DNA from: Camelus dromedarius
Taxonomy: Eukaryota
Assembly: GCF_036321535.1 (NCBI RefSeq)
Contig: NC_087437.1
Span: forward strand, 60,824,001 to 60,888,000
Direction: 5' to 3'
DNA: 64,000 nucleotides
Part shown: one piece after another, positions 12,501 to 25,350 of the stretch
Layout of the letters: every line of letters begins with the position of its first letter
Numbering within the stretch: position 1 is the stretch's first letter
The notes under the pieces: generated by a model
Seen by the model: the letters and a program-made list of their open reading frames with translations, nothing else
What the model was told of the DNA's origin: nothing
Databases searched by the model: none
Translations under genes and position numbers: made by a program

Positions 12501-14362
12501 GTAAGAAACCACAGCCCCATCTAGTCAGCCGTGTCCTGACTTAAGTAGGGAAAGGATCGTCTACCTGATGATCAAATCCGTACACTTTTAGGTGCTGTGG
12601 GGATGCTTGGCAAGATTTCGCTGGTCACTGATCCCTGCGGAGAAAAATTTAAATGTGTAGGAAGAAGAGCTAGGTAAATGTGTCCTCAGTCTTTATGAAT
12701 TGAATCTGTAAGCAAACTTAGAGAGTATTAAATGCAAATTAGAGCAGAACAGAGGGCTCTAGGACGGATGTCCTAAAGAGGAAAAATGTCAGAAGATACT
12801 ACCTGAAACTGAAAATAGCAGTATAAGCATGCAGTTAAGAACTGTGTTAACAAATTTTAATGAGGTGAACTGCAAGGATATTTGTTTAAAAAAAAAAAAG
12901 AGGGAAAAGAACAAAGAAGGGCTGGGGTGGGGTCATTGCATCAGATCAGAGGCAGAGCACAATAATTTGAAAAAGCATTTTTTAATAAATGATTCATTTC
13001 CTAAGAGTAAAAATTCTCACATTCAACAGTAAGGGGTAGATAATACAGATTGTGGTATATCCACAGGACAAAACATTTGCAGTCATAAAAATTTGCATTT
13101 TTAGAAAGACATTTAATGACAAAATTACATAGGTTGTTAAATTTAAAAGGCAGGAAATAGTATGTATAATACAAGAAACATACTATAGTTTAAAAAGATG
13201 AAACATACTAGAGAAAAGACTGGAAGGAATCAAGGGTGATAATTTTATGTTTCTTCTCCCCCTCCCCCACCCCACCCCAGTTTTCTACAATAAACATGTG
13301 TTAAATAACTATGTTCTTATAGTGATTCTGTAACAGAACTGTGTTTATGAAGATATCATCCCTATGCTGCTTTACCTCTAGGTGCTTTGACATTTGCAAA
13401 TCTCCCAGGGAATATAAGTCACATCTAAAGCAGTTCCTATAATTAAATGTATTTTGGCACTGAGAGCAGGGAAACGAAGGGGGAGTGAAAAAGTATTAAC
13501 CTGCAAAATGGCTGTTTCTTGTAACTGAAAAACATCATGTAATGAGACATAAATTGGAATAAAAGCCATGTAAGCTTTATTGCCTTGTATATATAGTGGC
13601 TGATTCTGTGTTGAGTCTGTCTTTTTGATCAGAATTCTAGACTGTCAATACTTAGAGGATGTACAGGGACTGTGTCTTATATTAATACATTGACTTAAAC
13701 AATGGAATGCCTGCTACAGTGCAGTTACTGTGCTGGGCATATTGTGGTGAACAATGAATATATTCCCTGACCTTGTGGAGCATAAAGAATAGAAGGGAAG
13801 GTAAGTTTTTTAATTAAATAAGTAATTACAAAAAATTTCAATGAGTAAAATGATTGGGAAAATACAAAGGAGATGTCTGGTGAACCTCTCAGGACATAAT
13901 GTATAAGGTTAAAAAACTCTTAGTACTTTGACATAGAGGGAGCTTATACACACTTATTTAATTGGTGAATAAAAAAGATTCTGTAAGTTGATTCTTAGGC
14001 TGACGCAGGGGTTCATATACAATCTTTAGTTAAGAGTACAATACACTAAGAGATCCAAACTGAACTGCATTTCTAGGCTCACTTGTGAACAAACCTATAC
14101 TCCTCAGTGAACCAGAGATTCTACAGACTAAGGATAACCCAGGGCCAAATTGAACTTTCAAGGTAGCCCTTGAAATACAGATCTTGACAGACTGCACATG
14201 CATCTCTAGACTGGACTAGAGCCAGATCTGCTGGGGAGGAAGAGTAGGAGGGAATGTGGTTTATCCAACACTTAATTTTTTTCCCCCTTTAGCAGGAAGT
14301 CATTGTGTGACTAACACATTTTCATCAGACTTCCTCTGATTTACCCTGAAGTGTATGTGAGA

Positions 14363-14492
14363 ATGATGTGCACTGCCAAGAAATGTGGAGTTAGGTTCCA
14401 GCCTCCGGCTATTATCTTAATCTATGAGAATGAAATGAAGGGGAAAAATCGCCAGCGCATCATGCCAGTCCGAAACTTTTCAAAGTTTTCAG
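14363..14492 (+). CDS. CEP19: CEP19 first coding exon (130 coding nt; exon starts at 14293 or 14296)
   Basis: Translates [43 protein letters not shown](D). Polypyrimidine tract plus tagcag acceptor; donor AG|gtacct. Confidence 0.96.
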
Positions 14493-15102
14493 GTACCTTG
14501 TTTTATCTTGCCTCCTACCTTAAATATTCTCTGAGCCACTTAATAAGAACGATTAGAGTCTCAGGTAATGGAGTGACGTGGCCTTCATAGTTAAATAGGC
14601 CTAGGTTCAAGTCATGACAGTCAGGGTAGGTGTATGATCTTGGCTAAATTACTCAGTGAGCATGAGTTTCCTAATCTGTAAAAGTAAATTGATAAACCCA
14701 ACCTTTCAGAACTGCAGTGTGAATTAAATGAGATAACATTTTTCAAATAATATTAACTCTCTTCTCTCCCTCCAAATGTGTTTTTTATTTATAGTCCTGA
14801 TATTTTCTTAGTACCAATACTAATATCTAAAGCTGTAATACTATTTCTTCTCATACTTTCTCCAGTTAAAAGCATTTAACATCTCCTCAAAGTAATTTTA
14901 AGTTAAGGAAATAAAAAATATATCCCTCCTTCCCCCACCACACTCAAAGCTTGAGATAAAGAAATAGTTATGCAAAATAATTCATTCCCCAAAAGCCACA
15001 TAGCTACTTGACTTTAATGGCTGGCAATGCTTTCAGTAATTGTGGTGCCTCAGTAGTTTGTGGTGGTGTGTGTGGTATGATAGTTTTATTCCTCCCTCCT
15101 AG

Positions 15103-15464
15103 ATTGTGGCAGAGCTGCTGAACAACTAAAGAATAATCCGCGACACAAGGGCTACCTGGAACAAGTATCCCTGAGGCAGCTAGAGAAGTTATTCAGTTTT
15201 TTACGAGGTTACTTGTTGGGGCAGAGTTTGGCAGAAACAATGGAACAAATTCAGCGGGAAACAACCATTGATCCTGAGGAAGACCTGAACAAACTAGATG
15301 ACAAGGAACTTGCCAAAAGGAAGAGCATCATGGATGAACTTTTTGAGAAAAATCAGAAGAAGAAGGATGATCCAAATTTTGTTTATGACATTGAAGTTGA
15401 TTTCCCACAGGATGAACAACTGCAGTCCTGTGGCTGGGACACAGAGTCAGCTGACGAATTCTGA
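15103..15464 (+). CDS. CEP19: CEP19 last coding exon; spliced CDS 492 nt = 163 aa
   Basis: Acceptor cctcctag. Translates (D)[15 protein letters not shown]...[17 protein letters not shown]; phase matches the upstream exon. Confidence 0.97.
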
Positions 15465-16113
15465 TACCAAAAACTAAAAAAAAGAGAAAAAGATTGGGTA
15501 GCAGAAAATCCATGTTTATACAAAGAACATATTTTGGCTCTAGAAAAATCTGTAAAGAACACTATGTTGAGTCATGTTGGGGTTGACCATGTTACTTTTC
15601 AAAACCAGGATATGTAGAGCATCTACTATGTAGGTGCGTGTGGAATACAGGAAAAACAGAAGATAGGAATCTGCCTTGAAGGAGCTTACAATCTAATTGG
15701 AAGGTAAAAAAGTTGGTGAAGAGCTAATTAGTGGTATTAGGTAGCAAAAATACTAGATCCAAATGTTTGATAAAGACTAAAAAAGGTCAGAACCTACCTA
15801 GATTACTGTAGGGTAGAATAGGCAGGGAAGACTTTAATCTTCCTAAGTCTTTAATCTAAGTCCTTTAAGGGCAAGATAGTACTTTGACCCTTGAAAACGT
15901 TATATTTGCATAGAAGCTTATATAGGATTCCAGATTAGAGAAACTGGGAGAAAAAAAGGGTGGTGGTGGTGGTGGTGATGATGGGGGAGACTGGTAAAGA
16001 GATAGGAATGAGAAAATTTTATTTGAGGAAAAGTAAGCAAATTATAGTTTGATAAGAACAGAGGGCATATATAGTTACCAGGGGATTATCCCGTATACAT
16101 CATCTTTATATGC

Positions 16114-16185
16114 TTTTTTTTTTAATGGAGGTACTGGGATTGAACCTAGGACCTCATGCTCTACCACTGAGCTATTTCCCTCCCC
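16114..16185 (-). mobile_element. Vic-1-like SINE, antisense in the CEP19 3' UTR
   Basis: Poly-T followed by ggaggtactgggattgaacc...ctaccactgagcta..ccctcccc. Confidence 0.85.
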
Positions 16186-16545
16186 GCTGTTTGTACTTAA
16201 ATCTAGCATAGAAGAGTACTCCTGCAGAGTGCCCTGCAGCTGCAAGTGGGTGTCACCTGACGGATGGCAAGGGAATTCTGCCCCTCCAGTAGCAGCAGAC
16301 GTATACTAAAGACATTCTGAAACCCTGAACCTCTTCCTATAACTAAGGTTTGTTTGTAAAATGGGAAATCTCTACCCGTAATAAATGAAATAGGTACTAT
16401 CAGTTTAGGCCTATTCATGAATTGGTATCTACAAAGAGAAGATCTATATTAAACAAGGTTATGTGTGTACAGATACATCTTTCTTCATATTAGAATATTA
16501 TTTAATTGCTAGAAATCCTCTTTTCCTGCAAGGAAATTAATACTC

Positions 16546-16555
16546 ATTAAATAAA
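16546..16555 (+). terminator. Likely CEP19 polyadenylation signal (overlapping ATTAAA/AATAAA)
   Basis: attaaataaa about 1.1 kb after the stop codon, followed by T-rich sequence. Confidence 0.55.
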
Positions 16556-16625
16556 ACTGTAAAAGCTATTCATTCTTTCTACCTGTCAATCCCTACTCTC
16601 TTTACCATTAGAAGCCTCATTAAAG

Positions 16626-16891
16626 TTTGTTTTCTGTGTCTGTGAATCTGTGGGGAAGAGGGTAGCGAGGGATAAACTGGGAGTTAGAGATTTGTAGGTA
16701 CTAACTATATATAAAATAGATAAACAAGAAGGTCCTACAGTACAGCACAGGAAATTATATTCAATATCTTGTAATAACCTAAAATGAAAAAATATGAAAA
16801 GGAAAATATGTGTATATATATAACTGAATCACTTTGCTGTACACCAGAAACTAACACATTGTAAATTAACAATACTTCAATAAAAAAAAAA
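16626..16891 (+). mobile_element. 5'-truncated L1 3' end with a short 5' inversion
   Basis: L1 3' UTR (gaatcactttgctgtacaccagaaactaacac...aataaaaaaa). The first ~26 nt are inverted L1 sequence. A 14-bp TSD lies at 16612-16625 and 17406-17419. Confidence 0.8.
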
Positions 16892-18799
16892 TTAAAGCAG
16901 AAGGTTCACAGCTCCCCAGGGCTAAGAAAGGTATCGCTCTGCCATGACTCTGCTAAGATGTATGCAGTGGCTAAATATATCTTTTAAGATTCCTCTGGGG
17001 CTGATAATCTGAGGTGGAGTCACTGCCCATGATGCACATTTTAACTTTATTAGATAAAAAGGAGAGATGCTGTCCACTGACACTCTCACCAATCATGTAT
17101 GAGCATCTTCATCGTTTCACATCTTTGCCAAGACACACTATTTTGAGACTAGGTGCAAAATAGTGAACTTTCAAAATGTCACCTGGACAGTCAGAAGGGA
17201 CAGACAGCTGCTGAGCAGATCAACACAAATAAATACACAGGTACAAACATGGAAAGTGAGGTGAAGCACTGTAAGAGAAATAGGGGTAAAACATTTCAAA
17301 ACCCCTTAGAAAGCTGCCTATAAGAATTCAGTAATATTTTAACACACGCAATAAAGTAATTTTCTTAAAGAAAGAAAAAGCAGAAGGTTCAGAGCCGGGG
17401 AAAAAAAGCCTCATTAAAGAGATCATTCTTCTAGTGATATTACCAAGGAATTAAGATAGTTATGTCTCATATGTGTATTTGCCAAAGGTAGCAAAAGAAT
17501 TTTCAGAATGAAAGATCCTTCCATAACTACATAGTATTTCATTGTATAAATATAGATGATATATTTTAAAGGTTGACCTTAGGTGGTTTTCCCCTTTCAC
17601 TATTACAAACAGGGCCACGGTAAACCTTGTACATTCCCTATTTTGCACGTGTGCAGGACTATAAACGAAGCCTGGAGGGGAACTGCGAGGTATGTGCATT
17701 GTGAATTTTAATAGATACTGCGGGATTGGCCTCCAAAGAGTTTCATTTATTCATTCATTCCTTCAGTAATATATTAACAAGCACCTACTGCATGCTGAGC
17801 CTGTACTGCTGTAGAGTCTGGGATATGGCAGTGTGCACCAGTCCTTTCCTTTCAAGGTTCACAGTCTAGAGCAGAAGGGGGAGATCATGTGAGCTGAACA
17901 GTTAATGGAGTTTTTCCTTCCATGTATCATGTCAAAGCTAATTCGCTAATTCTGCTGGGCTCTTTTAAAAGTTTTTGCATTATAAAGTTAATACCTATTT
18001 ATTACCTTAAAATTTTAGATAAATACCAGGTTATAAAAGTGAAATGGGAATATTCTTCCCTCCCCTTCTCTTGATTCCCTCTCTGCAGAGTAATTGGCTT
18101 CCCTAGAGGGTTCTGGATTCTCTTGTGACTCGACTTCATCAATTATTCTTGCTCTCTCTCTGCCCCTGTCTTTCTCATTTTCAGCTACATTCTCTGCTGG
18201 CTTTCTCTGCAGTCTGTAAACTTAGTAAGACTTCCGCATTAAAACAAGAAAATACATTGCTTTGTCTTTCTTTACCTAATACTATATCTAACCAAATTTT
18301 AGCTCATTTAGTTTGTTAGATAAATCTAACCCTCCAGTCCCCTTTAGAACTGATCTAGCTCTAATCCAATTGTAGAGATGTATGTTCAGACTATGAAGCT
18401 AAATACTTCAAGAGCTGCCCTGAAAGTTCATTTGGCTCTAGGTTATCCTTTGTTTCTGCTGAATCCCTAAGAATCTCTGGCTCATTGAGGGTGAAGGTTT
18501 GTTCACACGTGAGCCTAGAAATGCAATTCATTTTGGACCTCTTAGTGTACTGTATTCTTGACTAAAGATTGTATATGAAACTCTGGATCAGCCCAAGAAT
18601 TGAGCTAAAGGGTTTTTTCCTATTTACCCATTAAGCAAGTATGTATCAAGCACCCTCTAGGTCGAAAGACTATGAGTAGTCATGTTAAACATTATGTCCT
18701 GAGAGGTTCATCAGATCTATCTCCTTTGTTTAAATGAAGAAGCTAAAACTATACAACTTTTAGAAGAAAATAAAAGAGAAAATCTTCATGACCTTGGTT

Positions 18800-19172
18800 A
18801 AGACAGCCAGCTCAGGCTGCTATAACAAAATGCTGTAAACTGGATGGCCTATAAAAACCAGAATTTTATTTCTCACGGTTCTGGGGACTGAAAGTCTGAG
18901 ATCGGAGTGACAGCATGGTCAATTTCTGGTGAGAACCTTCTTCAAAGGTGCAGACTATGGACTTCTAGTTGTATCTTCACATGGTAGAGAGCAGAGCAGA
19001 GCAAGCAAACTCTCTCCTGACTCCTTTAAGGGCACTAATCCCATTCATGAGAGCCCTACCCCTATGATTTCATCCTAATCACGTCCCAAAAGTCCCACCT
19101 CCTAATACCGCATTGGGGAGTAGGGTTTCAACAAATTAATTTTGGAAATACAGAAATATTCAGCCCATAACA
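18800..19172. mobile_element. MaLR (MLT1A/B-like) solo LTR
   Basis: ggctgctataacaaaat...tttatttctcacggttctgg...cagcccataaca. Confidence 0.8.
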
Positions 19173-19471
19173 GTTGGGTTAGGCAAAGAGTTCTTCGAAT
19201 TGACACCAAAAGCATGATCTATAAAAGAAAAAAAATTGATATATATTGGACTTCATAAAAATTTTAAAATTTTGTACTTCAAAGACAACATTGAGAACAT
19301 AAAAGGACAATCCACAGACTGAGAAAAAAACATCAAATCATATATCTGATAAAGGACTTGTATCCAGTATATATAAAGAACCCTTAACAACTCAATAACA
19401 AGAAAAGCAACCCGTTTTTAAATGAGCAAAACATTTGCACAGACATTTCACTAAAGAAGATATGCAAATTT

Positions 19472-19594
19472 TAGTGGGGGGGTGTTAGGTTTTATTTATG
19501 TATTTTTTTTGTAAGTGGAGGTACTGGGGATTGAACTCAGGACCTTGTGCATACTAAGTACACACTCTTACCACTGAGCTATATACCCTCCCCC
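19472..19594 (-). mobile_element. Vic-1-like SINE with tgcaaat TSD
   Basis: Antisense A/B boxes; tgcaaat on both sides. Confidence 0.85.
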
Positions 19595-20736
19595 TTGCAA
19601 ATGTTAATAAGCAATGAAAAGATGCTCAACATCTCAGCCACTAGGGAAATGTAAATTAAAACTACAATGAGCTAGTACTTCACACACACTAGAATGTCTA
19701 CAGTAAAAGAAAGACAGGTAATAATAAGTGTTAGTGAGGATGTAGAGAACTGTAACCCTCATACTTTGCTGGTGGGAATATAAAATGGTACAGCTACTTT
19801 GGAAAATGTTTTTGGCAGTTTGTTAAAAAGTTACACATAAACTTACTATACTACCCAGTAATTCTACCCCTAGGAATCTATGCAAGAGAAATGAAAACAA
19901 ATGTCCACCCAAAGACCTGTACTCGAATGTTCATAACAGTGTTATTAATAATAGCCTAAAAGTGGAAAAACTCCCAACACCAATCAATTGGTGAGTGGAG
20001 GAACAAAATGTAATGTGTAATATCCATACAAGAGAATACCACTCACCAACAAAACACATAAAGGAGCCAGACTACATATCATAACTATTTATATGAAATA
20101 GCCCAAAAAAGGAAACTGTATAGAGACAGAAAGCAGATTAGTGGTTTCCTGGGGCTGGGACTAAGCAATGGTAACTGACTATAAATGGGCATGAAAGATA
20201 CTCAGGGAGTGATGGAAACACTGAAACTTGACTGTGTAAAGTTTGCACAATTCTGTGACTTCACTAAAATTCATTGATTTGTGCACTTAAAAACAGGTGA
20301 ATTTTGTGGTATATAAGTTATACCTCAATAAAGCTGTTCAAAAAATAGGAAATGGAATAGAATCAACATCTATCAATCTTTTATTCTAATGAACAAGGGT
20401 GATCAAAGATATGTGCAAAACCTCTTTGAACCCAAATAGAGGTGGAGATTGAAAAAGACTGGAGAAGAGATGGAATAAATGTATTCATTCAATGGACACT
20501 TTCTGAGTATTTACTCTGTGGAAGTTCCCCAAGATGTCCAAAAAGGGATGGCTTCAAAGAAAGGGAAGAGTAGGAGAGAAGACTGTTTCTGGGCCAGTTA
20601 CGATGCCAGGGACAGGTAGAAGTACATGATTTCAGTCTTCTCCTCAATGAACCAGGCAGAGCCAGCTGATTATAGTGAGACTGAGGAAGAGCTGGGGGTA
20701 AGAGTGAGGAGTTAGGGTGAAAATGAGAGATGAGCA

Positions 20737-21979
20737 TGTTAACAAAAAACGGTCAAACTAAGAAAGAAGTGGAAATTTTTATTCACGCCAATAAACTGAG
20801 GATTATAACCTGGGAGACAGTCTCCCAGAGAGCTCTAAGAACTGTGGGGAAGATGTAGGTGGGGGAGTCAGTACATATGTGATTTTGGCGAAGGGGGTAC
20901 ATGCCATCAAGCATACATTTCGGTAGAAGTTTGCAGCTGGTCACAAGGAACAGACATCTTAATTAATGGTTTTAGTGCTTTTCTAAGTATGGGAAGAATC
21001 CAAGTTCATGAAAATCTCTATCTGAGGGCCAGTTCTGTCAGTTTTCCCAGAGCACAGAGGACCTCATCCTGATATTTGCCCTGAATTCCATTCGAGGTGT
21101 AGTGTAGGTCAGAGACTGCAGTGGTTAATGACTCAATTCTTGAACTGGATGGTGAGCAGCATTCTTTATTTTACAATCCCTTCTCTTTCGGTCTTAATTT
21201 TAACCAAGGGTTAGGGAGGCATTTTGTGACCAATTTGTCCCATGGTGTGAAAAATGCCTATTTCCAAGCCAGGTGAGGCTTTTGTTGATAGGCCATTCAA
21301 TGTGTTGTTCCTGGACTGGGCCCTGTTAATAGTAGCCAAAAGCCTCTGGACCACCTGTCTTACTAGTCTGTTATGGTCCAGGAAATGGTTCCCTCCTCTT
21401 GCTTCTCCCCATATCAAAGGTTACACTACTACAGTCATTGATTTTACAGGACTATGTATTTGGTCAATCATTTCAGGTCACCTAATCATCATTAATTTTA
21501 TCTGAGACTCAGTCACACATTTGGTAATGCAAGAAACAGTAATCTTGTAAAATAGGCAGAGTATAAGTAATATATCTAGTAACACTAATAAGGTCACAAG
21601 GAAGTATTTAAGCTAAGAAGTTCCATTGAGTGTGACCCAGTATCCCCCCAGGTTGTCTGACCAGTCTGTTATGCACCAATCACTATCTTTAAGGGAAATG
21701 ATATATTAGCCTTGTACATAAAGTTCGCCAAAGATGTCTGCACATACACGGTGAGTAGGGGGTCATAGTGACCCCTTACAGGATTGGGAAAGAAAATGTT
21801 ATCTTCTAAGGAGTTACATGGCTGGTGCCAGAGGAAGAAAAACAGGCATCCTACCACTGGAGAGAGATGCAGATGCACAGTACACACAAGAAGGGAGAGA
21901 GGAAGTGCAATGGGCACATGAAATGTTTATGTTTAAATTTTTCTTGACTTGCTTTAAAATGTGAACTTTCATTTCATCA
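20737..21979 (-). mobile_element. ERV1-type LTR element, 1243 bp, with 4-bp TSD AGCA
   Basis: TG...CA termini; agca at 20733-20736 and 21980-21983. Confidence 0.75.
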
Positions 21980-22329
21980 AGCAGGAGCTTTATTCAGATG
22001 GAAGGGTGAGATTAGATGTGTTCAATGTAGACGGAGAAAGTAGGCTGAATGAAATGAAAATCTACACTCTAGAAGTCACAAACTGAAAAGGATCTCCCCT
22101 ATCCTCAACTCCTCTCTCCTAAAAACAAACTAACAAAAGAACTTCCCATGGACAAGTTTACAAGACTGTTAATGGCTAAATGAACAATCAGCCTTCAAGC
22201 TCAAGTTTTAGCTTTCATGGCTATTTTGTCTTCTCAGTGTTCACCATTTCACACTATGGCAGATTCTGTTGTATATCAGATTACCCTGTCCTTTCACTTT
22301 CTTCATTGCCTGCTGAGGTCTAATACTGT

Positions 22330-22798
22330 TTGTTCAGGTTTAACCCCTCCTGCACACATCTCTGATCTTGAGGCAAATCCTATTTGGTCTCAGTAAATCC
22401 CAGTGGTTCTATTTCATTGTCTATGATTGGTTTAGAAATGGGTATGTTACCCAGTTCTAGCCAACGAGAGTGAAGGAGGCTCTACAGGAACTTGTGAAAA
22501 AGGTGTTCTCTATTTGTTGAAGAACAGAAATGTCTCCTCTGTTTCTCTGGACATGGCTGTATCTGAGTTTGACACCTGGAAATGTTGGAGGCATGTTGTG
22601 GCCAGTCTGAGGATGAATCATTAATGAGGGCAGGACAAAGAGAATCACAGAAAGACAGAGCCAGAGCTCCGGCAGACTGCGCCTGGAGCCTGCCCTACCT
22701 TTGGACATTTTGTTACATGAAATAACAAATGTCCCCATTTTAAAACCAATTCAAATGGCTATTTTTCTGTTTTTGCAACCAAAAATTCCTGTTAACAA
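22330..22798. mobile_element. Old MLT1-type LTR
   Basis: cccagttctagccaa...gcctggagcctgccctacctttggac...ttttctgtttttgcaaccaaa. Confidence 0.65.
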
Positions 22799-23499
22799 AG
22801 GAACAAATCTCTTCCATTGGCCTTTTTCATTTCTGGACCCAGTAGGGTCCATTTGTGTTTTAAGCATAGGCCCAGAGACCTCTGGGAAGAGACTGATATG
22901 GTGGACCTTGGAATCTAAGGCTAGATGGAGTCATTTTGAGCCGGAAGGAAGCTGAGTCAAATGGGAGGGGCCGAACAATGAAAAGTACTAGAAAGGGTGG
23001 CAGAAGAGGGCAGGTCTGGCAAGTTGTGACAGGTGAACTTGGGAGAAAACAATAAAGCAATTGAGTCAGAGAAGGGAAGTGCTGAGTTGATAGGTATCAG
23101 AAGTTCAGTAAGTCCTGGCAGTGATGAGATTCAACATTTGAACTTTACAGACCAAGACTGATAAAGAGGGAAGTCCATAAAATCAAAAAAGTTGCGGAGC
23201 CATGTGAAATTAAGGAGTCTGAAGGAGCAATAGCTCAGATATTGAAAGATCCTGGGACCACTGACTGATGATGGGCAAAGGAGAGAAGAAAGTCAGCCAG
23301 ATCCCAAAGTCATTTGGGTAGGTATGAAATGCTTACTACAGCTTTGAGCAACTGCATTAATAATTCAAAGAAGAAATTGTAGAAGGATGAGATTAAATAT
23401 TAGATGCTTAGGAAGAGGGAGAGAAAAGGTACAGAGGAGAAAAGTGATAAAAGATTAGAGGGTCTGATTTTTTTTTAAGTCAGAAAAAACTTTCTATAT

Positions 23500-25350
23500 G
23501 TGTCCCACCAGAAGCAAAAAAACAAACAAAAAATTGGCAATACATGTTTAAGACAGGATTTTCTTTATATTGAATGAATACTCCTTGTTCCTAACCTAAA
23601 TATGGGCACCCTGATATATGACTATGGATCCAGGAAACTTTCAGTTTCTGGTAAGAACTCTTAGGTTAGCAAATTCCATAAGGGTTGCCTTCTTGACCTT
23701 GTTAGTAGTAGCATGACGTAGTTGGGACAGCAAAATTACCATATGCCTCAACACTTAAAAGGAGATCTTAACCAGAGCCAGGCATCTTTCATCACTGTTA
23801 TTAAATATTTATTGATTCCACTGTCCCTTTTCCTTATTATTAGATATGAGTACTATATAATTTCCACATTTTGGGTCCAATGGATTCTCCACTGACAAGA
23901 AACTTAGAAGTATCCATTATTTCTGATAATGAACCATAATAAAATGGATAAATTAAAACCCTAATGTAATCCTCAAAGTTCATTTTATCCAAAACGTTTA
24001 AAGTCTTCTCTCACTTTACCTCTTTTTCCTCCACTCTAACCACTTTCACCCTGAAATTAGACTTATCAACCAGTAACAAAAGAAGTTTTGAGAGATTTAT
24101 GTTTTCTCTCTTATATCCACTGTTTACTATTTGAAAAATACTAACACACTCCAAAACAGGGAAAAGACTAACAGGAGAAATACACATAAGGTTTATATTA
24201 AAAATATAAAATTTATATAAAAATGTGTATTAAAAAACTTATGTAATGAAAAATTATCCAAAACTTACAAATAAGACAAAACATAAGGGCCTCATGTCTT
24301 TTCAATATTATACTACAGCGTTGTTTAAAAGCTTTCCCAAAGACTGCTTAATTTTCTAGGACAATGTATCTGTGTTTGACTTTGAGCTTTACTATTTGAT
24401 TAGAACCCAGACACTGTTAACCTGAAAATTTCTGTCCCGTAGAGAAGATAACTTATAGGTTTATTTGTCTAATAAGATATTAACCACTTTTGTCTCTAAT
24501 CTAGCAATTTTATTCTAACATTCCTTTGTGAAAACATATAAATACTTAGTTCTTCAAAATACTTTTGGAACCAGCTATACCATCTCATTGGTCCCCTTCA
24601 TCAATGAGTTAATAGTCTTTAGCATGTGTTCATTTTATATTGGCTATAAATGAAATTAAATTGGTTATGAGAATTGTTTTTAAAATTTTGAAAATTATAC
24701 TTTGACACCTGATAGCCCATATGATAAAAGGATTAACATCTTTTTTGTCTTTTGAGGCATACTTTTGACATAATGGGCTGACATATTTTAAACTTCCAAC
24801 TTTTGACATTTCCATCTATGAGAGGAGCTCAGAACAGAAGGCAGGAAAGAGCGGAAAGCTTGAGGCAAAAGAGAAAAAGGCCAAACTGAGAAGTTACACA
24901 AATAAAGGACAATTGCCGTATGAGGGGGTCACCCTTCTTTGGGTCCCAGCAGGCCCAAGCAAGCAAGCAGTGTCACCATCTTCCTGACACCACCTCTGGG
25001 CAGGCCCACCTAGCACTGCTAATTTGACCAGTGGGACTCCCAAATAAGAGGGCCGGGGACAGCAACCTGGCTGGAAAGGTTGGGGATAGGTGGGAGTAGC
25101 TAGGAGAATTGCCTTGGATATGAATAGCAAACACATTGTGCACTTTATAGTCCCTCCCAGGCCACACCTTGGCGCTGCCATTACCCAAAGCCATAGTTTT
25201 ATCTTAAGGAAATTAGGATATCCAACTACTGCTGCAAAAATGAAAACTAAAAACCCCCACTACCATCAGAGAGCAGTATATATATATTTTTTTAATTTAT
25301 CAAAAACTAGCTTTGGATTGGCCCTGAAAGGATGTTTAATATTTTCTTAA
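23500..25350 (-). pseudogene. Further decayed LRR-coding tract (TLR-like ectodomain fragment)
   Basis: YQVSKYNFQNF/LKTILITNLISFIAN, NEMV*LVPKVF*RTKYLYV..NKIARL and KLSSLRDRNF/CLGSNQIVKL follow LRR periodicity. Confidence 0.45.

Larger units (their letters stand above)
18735..20345 (+). mobile_element. L1M 3' region with a nested MLT1 LTR and SINE
   Basis: L1 ORF2 end and 3' UTR ending tatacctcaataaagctgt. Confidence 0.8.
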
